Translations under genes and position numbers: made by a program
Assembly: GCA_965648935.1 (NCBI GenBank)
Contig: CBFGIY010000001.1
Location: 1 to 32,783 of the forward strand
DNA length: 32,783 bases
Reading direction: 5' to 3'
From: a candidate division WOR-3 bacterium
GTDB lineage: Bacteria > Hydrothermota > Tepidihabitantia > Tepidihabitantales > Tepidihabitantaceae
The notes under the pieces: model-generated
Databases searched by the model: none
What the model was told of the DNA's origin: nothing
The model's input: the letters and a program-made list of their open reading frames with translations, nothing else
Shown here: in pieces, positions 1 through 8,260 of the stretch
How positions within the stretch are numbered: position 1 is the stretch's first letter
Layout of the letters: each line of letters starts with the position of its first letter

Positions 1-1764
1 CTACTCCTCGTCGAAGTCGCGCAGGTGGTCCCCAAGGGTGAACTTGTCGATGCCCTCGTCCTCGTGGAACCGCTCCGGTTCGAACTCGCGCGTCCGGCGC
101 TCGCGCCGGCGCGGCTCGCGCTCGGGACGCGGCGGCGGCTCGGGACGCGGCTCCTCGGCCAGCGCCTCCTGCTCCTCCAGCGGCAGCAGCGCCCGCTCGC
201 TCAGGGCGATGCGCCGGTGCTCGACGTCGACGCGGATGACCTTGAGCTCGAGTTCCTCGCCGATGACGTACTTCTCTTTGGCCTTCTTGCCGCCGCGGGC
301 GAGGTGGTTCATCGGGACAAAACCCTCGATGCCGTAGTTGAGCTGAACCACGACGCCCGGCTTGGGCAGGTCGACGATCTTCGCCTTGATTACGTCGCCT
401 TCCTTGAGCTCCCGGCTGATCGAGTAGAACGGGTCCTCCTGGGTCTGCTTCAGCCCCAGGGTGATGCGCCGGTTCTCCTGATCGATACCGAGGATGATCG
501 TCTCGACTTCCTGGCCCTTTTTCAGCTCCTCGCGCGGGTGCTTGATGCGCTTGGTCCAGGACATATCGGCGTTGTGAATCAGGCCCTCGATGCCCTCTTC
601 GATCTCCACGAACGCTCCGAAGTCCTTCAGCGCCCGTACCTTGCCCGTGACGCGCTGGCCGACAAAGTACTTCTCGTCGATCATCGACCACGGGTCGGGC
701 ATCGTCTGCTTCAGGCCGAGCGATATCCGCCGGTTGTCCTTGTCGATGTTGAGCACGACGGCCTCGATCTCCTCATCGACCTTGACCAGCTGCGACGGAT
801 GGTAGACCGACTTGGTCCAGGACATCTCCGAGATGTGAATCAGGCCCTCGACGCCCTTTTCCAGCTCGACGAACGCGCCGTACTCGGCCAGCGTCGTCAC
901 CCGGCCGCGCACGCGCCCGCCCACCGGGTACTTCTCCTCGACCCGCTCCCACGGGTGGGGCGTGAGCTGCTTCAGGCCGACGGTGATGCGGCCGGTGTTC
1001 GGGTCGGCCGAGAGCACCTTGACGTTGAGCTTGTCGCCGACGTTGACCACTTCGTTGGGATGGACGACCTTGGTCCACGAGAGGTCCGAGATGTGCAGCA
1101 GCGCGTCGATGCCGCCGATGTCGACGAAGGCGCCGAAATCGGTGATGGTCTTGACCGTGCCCTCGATCGTGTCGCCGACCTGGAGCTTGGAGAACACCTC
1201 GCGCCGCACCTGCTCCTGCCGCTCCTCAAGCAGCAGCCGCCGCGACACGACGATGTTCTTCTTGTACCAGTTGACCGACAGTATCTTCACCTCGAGCTGG
1301 CGGCCGATCATGTCGTCGAGGTTGGGCACCGGCCGCAGGTCGACCTGGGAGCCGGGCAGGAACGCGTCCAGCCCCAGTATCTCAACCGCCAGCCCACCCT
1401 TGACGCGCTTTATGACGGTCGCGGGCACGCCCTCGGCGCTCTCCGACTTCTGCTTGATCGTCTCCCAGGCGAGCTGGAAGTCGGCCTTCTTCTTCGATAT
1501 CACCGGGAAGCCCTCGCGGTCCTCGAGCACGTCGAGGTAGACCTTGACTTCCTGGCCCTCCTCGACCGAGTCCCAGTTGCGGAACTCCTCGGTTCCGAGC
1601 ACGCCCTCGGCCTTCAGGCCGATGTCGACCAGCGCCACGGTCGGCAGCTTCTTGACGATCCGGCCGGTGACGATCTCGCCCGGACGCAGCTTCGGGAACG
1701 AAGCGGCGTATATGTCGGCGGGATTGCCGCCGTCGGGCATGACGTCCTTTGATTCCTCTGACAT
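1..1764 (-). CDS. rpsA: 30S ribosomal protein S1
   Basis: Six S1 repeats (e.g. GTVKTITDFGAFVDIGGIDALLHISDLSW). AGGAGG upstream. ATG at 1764 overlaps the ispH TGA (TTG 1767 is an alternative start). TAG at 1-3. Confidence 0.98.
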   Translation of the reverse strand: MSEESKDVMPDGGNPADIYAASFPKLRPGEIVTGRIVKKLPTVALVDIGLKAEGVLGTEEFRNWDSVEEGQEVKVYLDVLEDREGFPVISKKKADFQLAWETIKQKSESAEGVPATVIKRVKGGLAVEILGLDAFLPGSQVDLRPVPNLDDMIGRQLEVKILSVNWYKKNIVVSRRLLLEERQEQVRREVFSKLQVGDTIEGTVKTITDFGAFVDIGGIDALLHISDLSWTKVVHPNEVVNVGDKLNVKVLSADPNTGRITVGLKQLTPHPWERVEEKYPVGGRVRGRVTTLAEYGAFVELEKGVEGLIHISEMSWTKSVYHPSQLVKVDEEIEAVVLNIDKDNRRISLGLKQTMPDPWSMIDEKYFVGQRVTGKVRALKDFGAFVEIEEGIEGLIHNADMSWTKRIKHPREELKKGQEVETIILGIDQENRRITLGLKQTQEDPFYSISRELKEGDVIKAKIVDLPKPGVVVQLNYGIEGFVPMNHLARGGKKAKEKYVIGEELELKVIRVDVEHRRIALSERALLPLEEQEALAEEPRPEPPPRPEREPRRRERRTREFEPERFHEDEGIDKFTLGDHLRDFDEE

Positions 1765-2663
1765 CAAACAGGTCCTCCTATGCGAACGGGATTTCTGACA
1801 ATGGCAACGATTTTCTCGACCACGCTCGAAGGGGTTGAAGACCCGGCGATGACGCCGACCCGGCGCCGGCGGCCCAGCGCCGCCGGTTCGAGCTCCTCCG
1901 CGCGTTCCACGAAGACCACCTGCCGGCCCGCGTCCCGGACTATCTCGGCCAGCCGCGAGGTGTTGGCGCTGTTGCGGCCGCCGACGACGATGACGATGTC
2001 GGTCGTGGCCGCGATGCGCGCGGCTGCCTTCTGGCGAGCCGTGACCTCCCTGCAGATGGTATCAAAGACCCGAAGTTCAGTATAGCGCAGCCGGCTGAGG
2101 TTGGCAACAGCCTGCCGCAGTCCTTCCCGCGACATCGTCGTCTGGGCAACCACGCCCACCTTCGACGACCGCAGCCTCATTCCTGGCGTGTACACCCGGC
2201 CGGCCGGCGCGCAGTGGCCGAGGATCGAGCGCACCTCCGGATGGTTGCGCTCGCCGACCACGACCACGGCGTAACCGCCCTCGCGCAGCCGCCGGGCGGT
2301 GTTCTGCACCTTGCGGACATAGGGGCAGGTCGCGTCAATCGTGCGGATGCCGCGCCGCCGGCACTCCTCGACCGTGGCCGGCGGGCAGCCATGCGCCCGG
2401 ATCACCAGAGCGCCGCCGCGCGCCTGGCCCACCCGGCTCACCGCCTTGATGCCCTGCGCCTCAAGCTCCTCCAGCACCAGCGGGTTGTGCACCAGTTCGC
2501 CCAGCGTGCTCACCCGGCCGAACTTCGCCTTGCCGGCCCGAGCCAAGTCGATGGCGCGCTGCACCCCGAAACAGAAGCCGGTCGGCCGCGCCACGCTCAC
2601 CCGTCTGCGCTGCGCGCGCGCTCTGACGGGCCTGCCGCTGGCTGCCGGTTTGCCGCTGCTCAT
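1764..2663 (-). CDS. ispH: 4-hydroxy-3-methylbut-2-enyl diphosphate reductase
   Basis: GFCFGV, IRAHG, IDATCPYV, HPEV, QTT, DTIC and GGRNSANT motifs. cmk-plsC-ispH-rpsA context. Confidence 0.96.
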   Translation of the reverse strand: MSSGKPAASGRPVRARAQRRRVSVARPTGFCFGVQRAIDLARAGKAKFGRVSTLGELVHNPLVLEELEAQGIKAVSRVGQARGGALVIRAHGCPPATVEECRRRGIRTIDATCPYVRKVQNTARRLREGGYAVVVVGERNHPEVRSILGHCAPAGRVYTPGMRLRSSKVGVVAQTTMSREGLRQAVANLSRLRYTELRVFDTICREVTARQKAAARIAATTDIVIVVGGRNSANTSRLAEIVRDAGRQVVFVERAEELEPAALGRRRRVGVIAGSSTPSSVVEKIVAIVRNPVRIGGPV

Positions 2664-3301
2664 TGTTCGCCCAATGCTCTCACCCGGGCTTCGACCGCAC
2701 GCGTCAGCTCGAGCTGGCCGGTCCGGTCACGGCTGAAGCCGTCGGGCCGCACCGGCTCGCCGAAACTGACGCGCACCGGCGTGCTCTTCTTCGGCCGCGA
2801 CCGCCAGCCGCGCGCCACGAAGTCCTTGTCCACCAGCCAGGACAGGATCGAGGTCGGCAGGCCGCCGATGTGTACCGGCACGACCGGCACCCTGTTGAGC
2901 TGGGCCAGCAGGCCGATGCCCGGCTTGAACGCGGCCATCTCGCCGGTGCGGCTGCGCGTGCCCTCGGGGAAAAGCACCACCTTGTGCCCGGCGCGCAGCA
3001 GGCTCGAACAGCGCTTCACCGCCCCCGGGTCGCCCGCGCCGCGCCGCAGCGGCCACGCGTTCCACGCCCGGATGAGCCAGGCGAAGAACCGCGACGCGTT
3101 GAACAGCTCCTCCTTGGCCAGAAAATGCACTTCGCGCTTCGCCGCGAGCCCAACGAGGACCGGGTCGATATTGGACACGTGGTTGGCTGCGAGCAGCATA
3201 GGGCCGGGCGCGAGGACTTCCCGCCCGCGCACGCGCAGCCCGAAAAACAGCCAGGCCAGCGGATACAGCAGGTGCCAGGCCAAGCGCCAGTGCAGCCGCA
3301 T
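2660..3301 (-). CDS. plsC: 1-acyl-sn-glycerol-3-phosphate (lysophospholipid) acyltransferase
   Basis: NHxSxxD (NHVSNID), FLAKEEL and FPEGTRS motifs. Confidence 0.92.
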   Translation of the reverse strand: MRLHWRLAWHLLYPLAWLFFGLRVRGREVLAPGPMLLAANHVSNIDPVLVGLAAKREVHFLAKEELFNASRFFAWLIRAWNAWPLRRGAGDPGAVKRCSSLLRAGHKVVLFPEGTRSRTGEMAAFKPGIGLLAQLNRVPVVPVHIGGLPTSILSWLVDKDFVARGWRSRPKKSTPVRVSFGEPVRPDGFSRDRTGQLELTRAVEARVRALGEQ

Positions 3302-3303
3302 CG

Positions 3304-3996
3304 CTACTTGGGCCAGCGCGCCATCCGGCGCCGGGCCAGGTCGCAGACCACCGCGACCTGCTCCTCAATAGACAAGTCGGTGGTGTCCACGAGCACCGCG
3401 TCGGCCACGCGCCTGAGCGGGCTCATCTTCCGGCCGGAATCGATGCGGTCGCGCTTCAGCAGGTTTGCCCGCACCGCCGCGGCGCCTGCCCTCTGCCCCG
3501 CGCCCGCGAGTTCCTTCTGGCGCCGGCGCGCGCGCGCCGCCACGTCACAATCAAGGTAAATCTTCAGTCCCGCGTCGGGAAACACGACGCTGCCGATGTC
3601 GCGGCCCTCGCACACGACATCGCGCCCGGCCGCGGCCCGGCGCTGCTCGGCAACCAGCCGGCGCCGCACCGCCGGCACCGCGCTCACTTCGGATACCAGC
3701 TCGCTCACCCGCGGGCTGCGAATCGCCGCGCTGACGTCCTCGCCGTCAAGGACCACGCGCATCTCTCCTTCGCGCCACTCGATGTCGACACGCGTCGACT
3801 CGAGCAGGCGCTTGAGCGCGGCCGGCCGGGACAGCGGCGTGCCGGTGTTGATTATCTTCAGGGTGACCGCGCGGTACATCGCGCCGGTGTCGAGGTGGGC
3901 GAATCCCAGCCGCCGGGCAACGAGCCGCGCGGTCGTGCTCTTGCCCGACCCGGCCGGCCCGTCAATCGCGACCACGAAGCCGGCCGCGCGACTCAC
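3304..3996 (-). CDS. cmk: cytidylate kinase
   Basis: AIDGPAGSGKST P-loop, LDTGAMYR, EGRDIGSVVFP, RDRID. GTG 3996 chosen because the longer ORF overlaps the upstream gene. Confidence 0.95.
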   Translation of the reverse strand: MSRAAGFVVAIDGPAGSGKSTTARLVARRLGFAHLDTGAMYRAVTLKIINTGTPLSRPAALKRLLESTRVDIEWREGEMRVVLDGEDVSAAIRSPRVSELVSEVSAVPAVRRRLVAEQRRAAAGRDVVCEGRDIGSVVFPDAGLKIYLDCDVAARARRRQKELAGAGQRAGAAAVRANLLKRDRIDSGRKMSPLRRVADAVLVDTTDLSIEEQVAVVCDLARRRMARWPK

Positions 3997-4049
3997 AGCA
4001 GCTGTCCGCAAATCGTCAATCGGAGACCGCAGAAAGGGGATTCTGCGCT

Positions 4050-4523
4050 CTACTCGGCCTGGCTCAGCGCGTACTGCTGGACCAGCTGGAGCTGCATCGC
4101 GCGCAGGCGCGAAGCGATGGTCTGGGCGACGGCCCGCATCATGACGTAGCCGAGCCGCGCGTCGGCCTCGAACTCGGGCAGCAGCTCGCTCGCCCGCCAC
4201 TCGATGTAGTTCACGTCGGTCATCGCCCTGCTGCCCGCGGTGTAGCGGGGGTTGCCGACAATGCCCGACCAGGCGAACATGTCGCCCGGCCCGATGGTCG
4301 TGACGACGTAGCTCTTCTTGCTCACGCCGATATCGAGATCAAGCGTCACGCCCAGCCGGCCCGACTCGACGATGTAGAACTTGTCGGCCGGCTCGCCCTG
4401 TCGGTCGATCGACTCGCCTGCCTTCACCGAACCGCGCCGCGCCAGCGCGGCGAGCCGGGCGATGTCTTCGTTGTCAAGCGACTGCAACTCCGGAATGCTC
4501 TTCAGGAATTCCTTGAGTTCCAA
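4050..4523 (-). CDS. stand-alone cyclic-nucleotide-binding-fold (cNMP/Crp-like) domain protein without HTH
   Basis: GExIxRQGEPADKFYIVESG...GPGDMF pattern. TTG start preceded by AGGAGG. No C-terminal HTH. Confidence 0.85.
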   Translation of the reverse strand: MELKEFLKSIPELQSLDNEDIARLAALARRGSVKAGESIDRQGEPADKFYIVESGRLGVTLDLDIGVSKKSYVVTTIGPGDMFAWSGIVGNPRYTAGSRAMTDVNYIEWRASELLPEFEADARLGYVMMRAVAQTIASRLRAMQLQLVQQYALSQAE

Positions 4524-4556
4524 GACTGCCTCCTGCGGACTGGATTCGGTCGACTC

Positions 4557-4585
4557 AAGTTAGCCGGGCCGGGCCGCCCTGTCAA
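4557..4585 (-). promoter_or_regulatory. sigma70-type promoter for the cNMP-cmk-plsC-ispH-rpsA operon
   Basis: TTGACA (4585-4580), 17 nt, TAACTT (4562-4557). Confidence 0.65.
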
Positions 4586-4595
4586 GTTCACCGCC

Positions 4596-4623
4596 TTGAC
4601 CCGGCCGAGACTGCGGCTAGCAT
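4596..4623 (+). promoter_or_regulatory. sigma70-type promoter, probably leaderless, for the 4630 gene
   Basis: TTGACC, 16 nt, TAGCAT, then GTG 6 nt later. Confidence 0.55.
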
Positions 4624-4629
4624 TGGCTG

Positions 4630-5001
4630 GTGATGACTCGAATGATCTGGGTCGTGGTCTTTGTTCTGCTCACGGCCGTCGTCCTGGTCGTGCTTGCCCG
4701 GGCCTGGTCGGCCGGCCGTCCCTTCAACCGCCAGGTCGTGGCCCTGGCGCGCTCGGGCGAGAGTCTCGGCCGCCGCTTCCCCGGCCACCGGTTCCGCGCC
4801 CAGGTATCAGCCCCTGACTCGGGCCGGCGCGAGGTCGTGCTCACCATCCAGCCCGGCGCTGCGGATTCGGCCGCGCTCGCGGCCCTGCCCGAATCGGCCG
4901 CCGACTACCTGCTGTCCCGGCTCGACCTGGCCGGCTTCGATTCGCTGCGCGTCGCGCTGTTCGACTCGGTTGTTCTGGTGCGGCCGATCGGCCGCGACTA
5001 G
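4630..5001 (+). CDS. hypothetical protein with N-terminal membrane anchor or signal
   Basis: Hydrophobic N-terminus (MIWVVVFVLLTAVVLVVLA), upstream promoter, fills the gap between flanking genes. Confidence 0.7.
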   Translation: MMTRMIWVVVFVLLTAVVLVVLARAWSAGRPFNRQVVALARSGESLGRRFPGHRFRAQVSAPDSGRREVVLTIQPGAADSAALAALPESAADYLLSRLDLAGFDSLRVALFDSVVLVRPIGRD

Positions 5002-6152
5002 TCGGCGCGAAACTCCCGGTAACTGAAAGTCCCGGCCGCGACCGGCTCGACCGGGCGGCCTGCGGCAAGGGCCAGGGCCCGGGCCAGCGCGGTCGCTCCG
5101 GCCGAGTCCAGTCCCGGCACCGCGATGACCAGCACGCTGTCGCGCAACGGCCCGGAGACCTGCGGCGCGGCCAGCACCAGCCCGTCCAGCACCACGGCGA
5201 GGCGTGAGCCGACGATACCGCGCGACAGCGCGGCGAACGCCGGCACAACCGACGGGTCAAGGGTCAGGGCCAGGTGCCACTGCCCGGCCCGGGCCGTATC
5301 CGGCCCGGTATATGGAATCGCGCCGATACCCTCAAACGCGCCTCTGCCCAGGACCGCTGTCCGGCGCACAAGCCGCACCGTGATTCGCCGCGCGTCTCTG
5401 CCTGAGCGGCCCGACCCGGGCAACAGGCGCCAGTCATCGGAAAGGCCGGCCCCGCGCCCGAGCGCGGCTGACAGGGCCGCCAGTTCTGCTTCCTCGACCT
5501 CAGGCTCGCCGTCCGTTGCCAGCGCGGCCTCGGCCAGCCGCAACAGCGCCGGCCTCAGGCCCGTGCTGCCGTCGCGCTCGGCCGCCTCGCGGATGACGGT
5601 CCTCGTCCGGGCGCCGCCCGGCGACTCGAACAGGCCGAATTCCGGCGCCCGGCACAGGTCGAGGCCCTGCCCGAAGCTCATCGCGGTCGGCAGCTCGACG
5701 CGCACCGACTCGCCGCTGGCGGTCGCAGAAAGCCCGCGCGCGCCCGCAGCCTCGGCCCGGCTCTGCACGAGCTCGGCCATGGCCGCGGCGCCCGGCTCCG
5801 GCCCGAGCAGCACGACCTCGCGCTCCTCGCGCAGCCCGCGAAACCGGCCCGACCGCACCGAGCGCACGCTCAGGCCCCGGCCCGACCGCTCGACCGCGCG
5901 CACCAGCTTGTCCAGTGTCGTCTGCGCGTCGCGCTCGACCGACACCGAAAGCCAGGCCCGGCCCGCGCCCGGCTCGACCTCGAACCGCCACAGCCGCAGG
6001 CCCGATGCCTCCAGCTCGGGCACGACCGCGGCAACCGCGCCGCGCTCGAGGTGCGGCGCGAACTCAAGCTCGATGCGCCCGCCGGCCCGCTCGGGCCGGC
6101 ACCCGGCCAGCAGGATGAGCGCGGCCAGAGCCGGAAGAACGCGACTAGTCAT
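4998..6152 (-). CDS. lipoprotein with C-terminal SecDF P1-head-like domain
   Basis: Lipobox LAGC. C-terminal FAALSRGIVGSRLAVVLDGLVLAAPQV...A.ALA.AL resembles the SecD periplasmic P1 head. No multi-TM region. Confidence 0.65.
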   Translation of the reverse strand: MTSRVLPALAALILLAGCRPERAGGRIELEFAPHLERGAVAAVVPELEASGLRLWRFEVEPGAGRAWLSVSVERDAQTTLDKLVRAVERSGRGLSVRSVRSGRFRGLREEREVVLLGPEPGAAAMAELVQSRAEAAGARGLSATASGESVRVELPTAMSFGQGLDLCRAPEFGLFESPGGARTRTVIREAAERDGSTGLRPALLRLAEAALATDGEPEVEEAELAALSAALGRGAGLSDDWRLLPGSGRSGRDARRITVRLVRRTAVLGRGAFEGIGAIPYTGPDTARAGQWHLALTLDPSVVPAFAALSRGIVGSRLAVVLDGLVLAAPQVSGPLRDSVLVIAVPGLDSAGATALARALALAAGRPVEPVAAGTFSYREFRAD

Positions 6153-6180
6153 AAGGTTCGCAGCACCGACCGCACCCGGT

Positions 6181-6864
6181 CTAGAAACGGTCGACTATCG
6201 AGACGGTGAAAGTCCGGTTCAGCGCGGTTTCTTCCTTGTTGGAGAGGATGTCGCGCAGGGCGAGTCCCAGCCGCACTTTGCTTGCGAAGGTCCAGGCCAG
6301 CCCTGCGTTCAGAAACCCGCGCCCCTCGCCAGTCCGGTCGTTGAACGCCGGGTCGTACTCGGCGATGATCTCCAGGCCTCCGGGCAGCAGCTGGTTCACC
6401 GCGGCGAACCCGTTCAGCCCCTGCCAGTAGTTGACGCCGAGCTGGAAGTAGGTCTTCGACGCATCGATGGTCTTGCCCGCGCACAGGTAACCGCCCTTCT
6501 CGCGCACCCGGAAACGGGTATCGCGGCAGTCGTCATAGCCCTGGCTTTCGAACCCGAGCGCGAGGTTGGGCACGTAACCCTTCTCCTGCAGCAGGGCGAG
6601 CCGGGCCTGAAAGTCCGGCCGGAAGCGGTCGAAGAAACGGATTGGGTCATTGCCGATGATGCCGTTGCCGCCGTAGGACATCCCGAGCGTGACGCGCTCG
6701 AAAAGCCCGACCGCGAAACGCACCATCACCCCGCCCGAACCCCACAGCCGCGCCTCGCCGTAATACTCGGCGTGGGCCAGCGAGATCGGCACCGGCTGGT
6801 CGACCTGGTATAGCAGGCCCGGGGCAGGCAGCGACAGGCAGGCGAGTAGTATTACCGTGCGCAT
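6181..6864 (-). CDS. exported protein, probable outer-membrane beta-barrel (YjbH-like)
   Basis: Signal peptide, amphipathic beta-strands (LEIIAEYD, FLNAGLAW, RLGLALRD), C-terminal Phe. Confidence 0.65.
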   Translation of the reverse strand: MRTVILLACLSLPAPGLLYQVDQPVPISLAHAEYYGEARLWGSGGVMVRFAVGLFERVTLGMSYGGNGIIGNDPIRFFDRFRPDFQARLALLQEKGYVPNLALGFESQGYDDCRDTRFRVREKGGYLCAGKTIDASKTYFQLGVNYWQGLNGFAAVNQLLPGGLEIIAEYDPAFNDRTGEGRGFLNAGLAWTFASKVRLGLALRDILSNKEETALNRTFTVSIVDRF

Positions 6865-6869
6865 GGTCG

Positions 6870-6898
6870 AGCATATGCGCCCCCTGCGACACTGTCAA
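6870..6898 (-). promoter_or_regulatory. sigma70-type promoter, leaderless
   Basis: TTGACA (6898-6893), 17 nt, TATGCT (6875-6870). ATG 5 nt downstream with no SD. Confidence 0.7.
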
Positions 6899-6924
6899 GC
6901 CGGGGTGGGCGCGCCGGGCCGCGG

Positions 6925-8133
6925 CTACTCGGTCACGACCAGCCGGCCGGTCCTGGCCCTGCCCGAAGCCTCGAGCCGGACAACATAGACGCCCGCGGCA
7001 AGGCCGCGCAGTTCGAGTTCGGACCGGCCCGCGGCAACCGGCCCGCCGCTCAGCACTGCCCGGCCCAGGGCGTCGTGAACCGTGACCCGGCAGCCGGATG
7101 GCAGAACCCCGTCAAGCCGCACCACGGCGCCCGGGCCGCGCGCCGGGTTCGGGCTGATGCGCAGCATCTGGCCCGGTTCGTGCGCGGCCGGGCTGTCGGC
7201 CACCGCGCTGAGCCCGAGCCGAAGAATCGCGACGCCCGTGCCGGTCGCGACGAAGCAGTGCTGGCCTGCCGGCGTGGCTGAAGTCGCGCCGTCCAGATCG
7301 TAGACAGCCAGTGTCCGGGGCGACTGGGGATTGGCCATGTCAAGACAGGTCAGCCGCGCGTCGGCCACGAGAAAGACCCGGCCCCCGGCCGCGGCGGTGT
7401 GCGCGGCGAACCCGGCAGGCAGCACCGCGAGCCGTCTCGGACCGGCCGGCAGCGCGGTGCTGACGGTGTGCATCCCGCCCTGGGCATCGGCCACATAGGC
7501 GAAAGTGTCGGCGAGCGCGACGCTCCGGGCGTAGACGCTTGTCGAGCACGAACCGATGTACACCGGGTTGGCCGGGTTGGCCACGTTGAGCACGGCCAGC
7601 CCGATGCCCGCGTCGGCGACATAGGCGTGACTGCCCGCGACCTCGACCGCGCTCGCGCCGTTGACGCCTGCGTTGTACCCGACCTCGACCGGGCTGGCCG
7701 GGTTGGAAACGTCGATCACGCGCAGGCCGGTCACGAAGTCGGCGACATAAGCGTGGTTGCCGGCGACGTCCACGTGCAAAGCCCAGTACGGCGTGTCCCG
7801 GTGCCCGACCTGGCGCGGCGCGGCCGGGTTGGAAACGTCGATCACGCGCAGCCCCGAGTCAAAGCACGCGACATAGGCGTAGTCGCCGACGACCTTCACG
7901 TGCAGCGCCTTGGGCCGGGTCAGCACCCTGCCGACCGGTACCGGCGCGGCCGGGTTGGCGATGTTGAGAATCAGCAGGCCGGAATCGTTGTCCGCGACAT
8001 AGGCGTAGTCGCCCTGCACGGCGGCGTACAGCGCGTAGCCGGGCGTGGTGTATGAACCGACGAGCCGGCAGTTGAGCGAATCGGCGGCTGCGAGGGAAGC
8101 GAGCGCGAGCGCGAGCAGTGTCATCTTGGTCAT
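6925..8133 (-). CDS. secreted LVIVD-repeat beta-propeller protein with T9SS-like C-terminal domain
   Basis: Signal peptide after AAGGA SD (ATG 8133). ~42-aa repeats GDYAYVAD..GLRVIDVSNP. C-terminal ISPNP...DALGR...LAAGVYVVRL...RLVVTE. Confidence 0.88.
   Translation of the reverse strand: MTKMTLLALALASLAAADSLNCRLVGSYTTPGYALYAAVQGDYAYVADNDSGLLILNIANPAAPVPVGRVLTRPKALHVKVVGDYAYVACFDSGLRVIDVSNPAAPRQVGHRDTPYWALHVDVAGNHAYVADFVTGLRVIDVSNPASPVEVGYNAGVNGASAVEVAGSHAYVADAGIGLAVLNVANPANPVYIGSCSTSVYARSVALADTFAYVADAQGGMHTVSTALPAGPRRLAVLPAGFAAHTAAAGGRVFLVADARLTCLDMANPQSPRTLAVYDLDGATSATPAGQHCFVATGTGVAILRLGLSAVADSPAAHEPGQMLRISPNPARGPGAVVRLDGVLPSGCRVTVHDALGRAVLSGGPVAAGRSELELRGLAAGVYVVRLEASGRARTGRLVVTE
7696..7851. 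repeat. identical 30-bp direct repeat within the LVIVD repeats
   Basis: GGCCGGGTTGGAAACGTCGATCACGCGCAG at 7696-7725 and 7822-7851, 126 bp (42 codons) apart. Confidence 0.85.
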
Positions 8134-8171
8134 CCGGGGCGTCCTTTCGGTTGCGGGCGCTCTGAATTCGT

Positions 8172-8255
8172 AGTGTAGCTTCCGCGCCCACTGGCTGTCA
8201 AACAATCCGGTGCGGTTCGTGACCGATTGACGCACTGCCTGGAGCAAACTAGAAT
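8172..8255. promoter_or_regulatory. back-to-back divergent sigma70-type promoters
   Basis: Minus strand: TTGACA(8201-8196), 18 nt, TACACT(8177-8172). Plus strand: TTGACG(8227-8232), 17 nt, TAGAAT(8250-8255), then GTG 5 nt later. Confidence 0.7.
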
Positions 8256-8260
8256 CTGCA

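Noticed and set aside
25..1752. Long antisense or alternate-frame ORFs (25-1752, 5125-6813, 13668-15239, 17260-18795, 18898-21678 and others)
   Set aside because: Shadow ORFs expected in high-GC DNA opposite well-supported genes. No recognisable motifs.
7696..7851. CRISPR-like or DGR-like repeat pair
   Set aside because: Only two copies, in frame, at the 42-codon LVIVD period. No cas or reverse transcriptase gene in the window.
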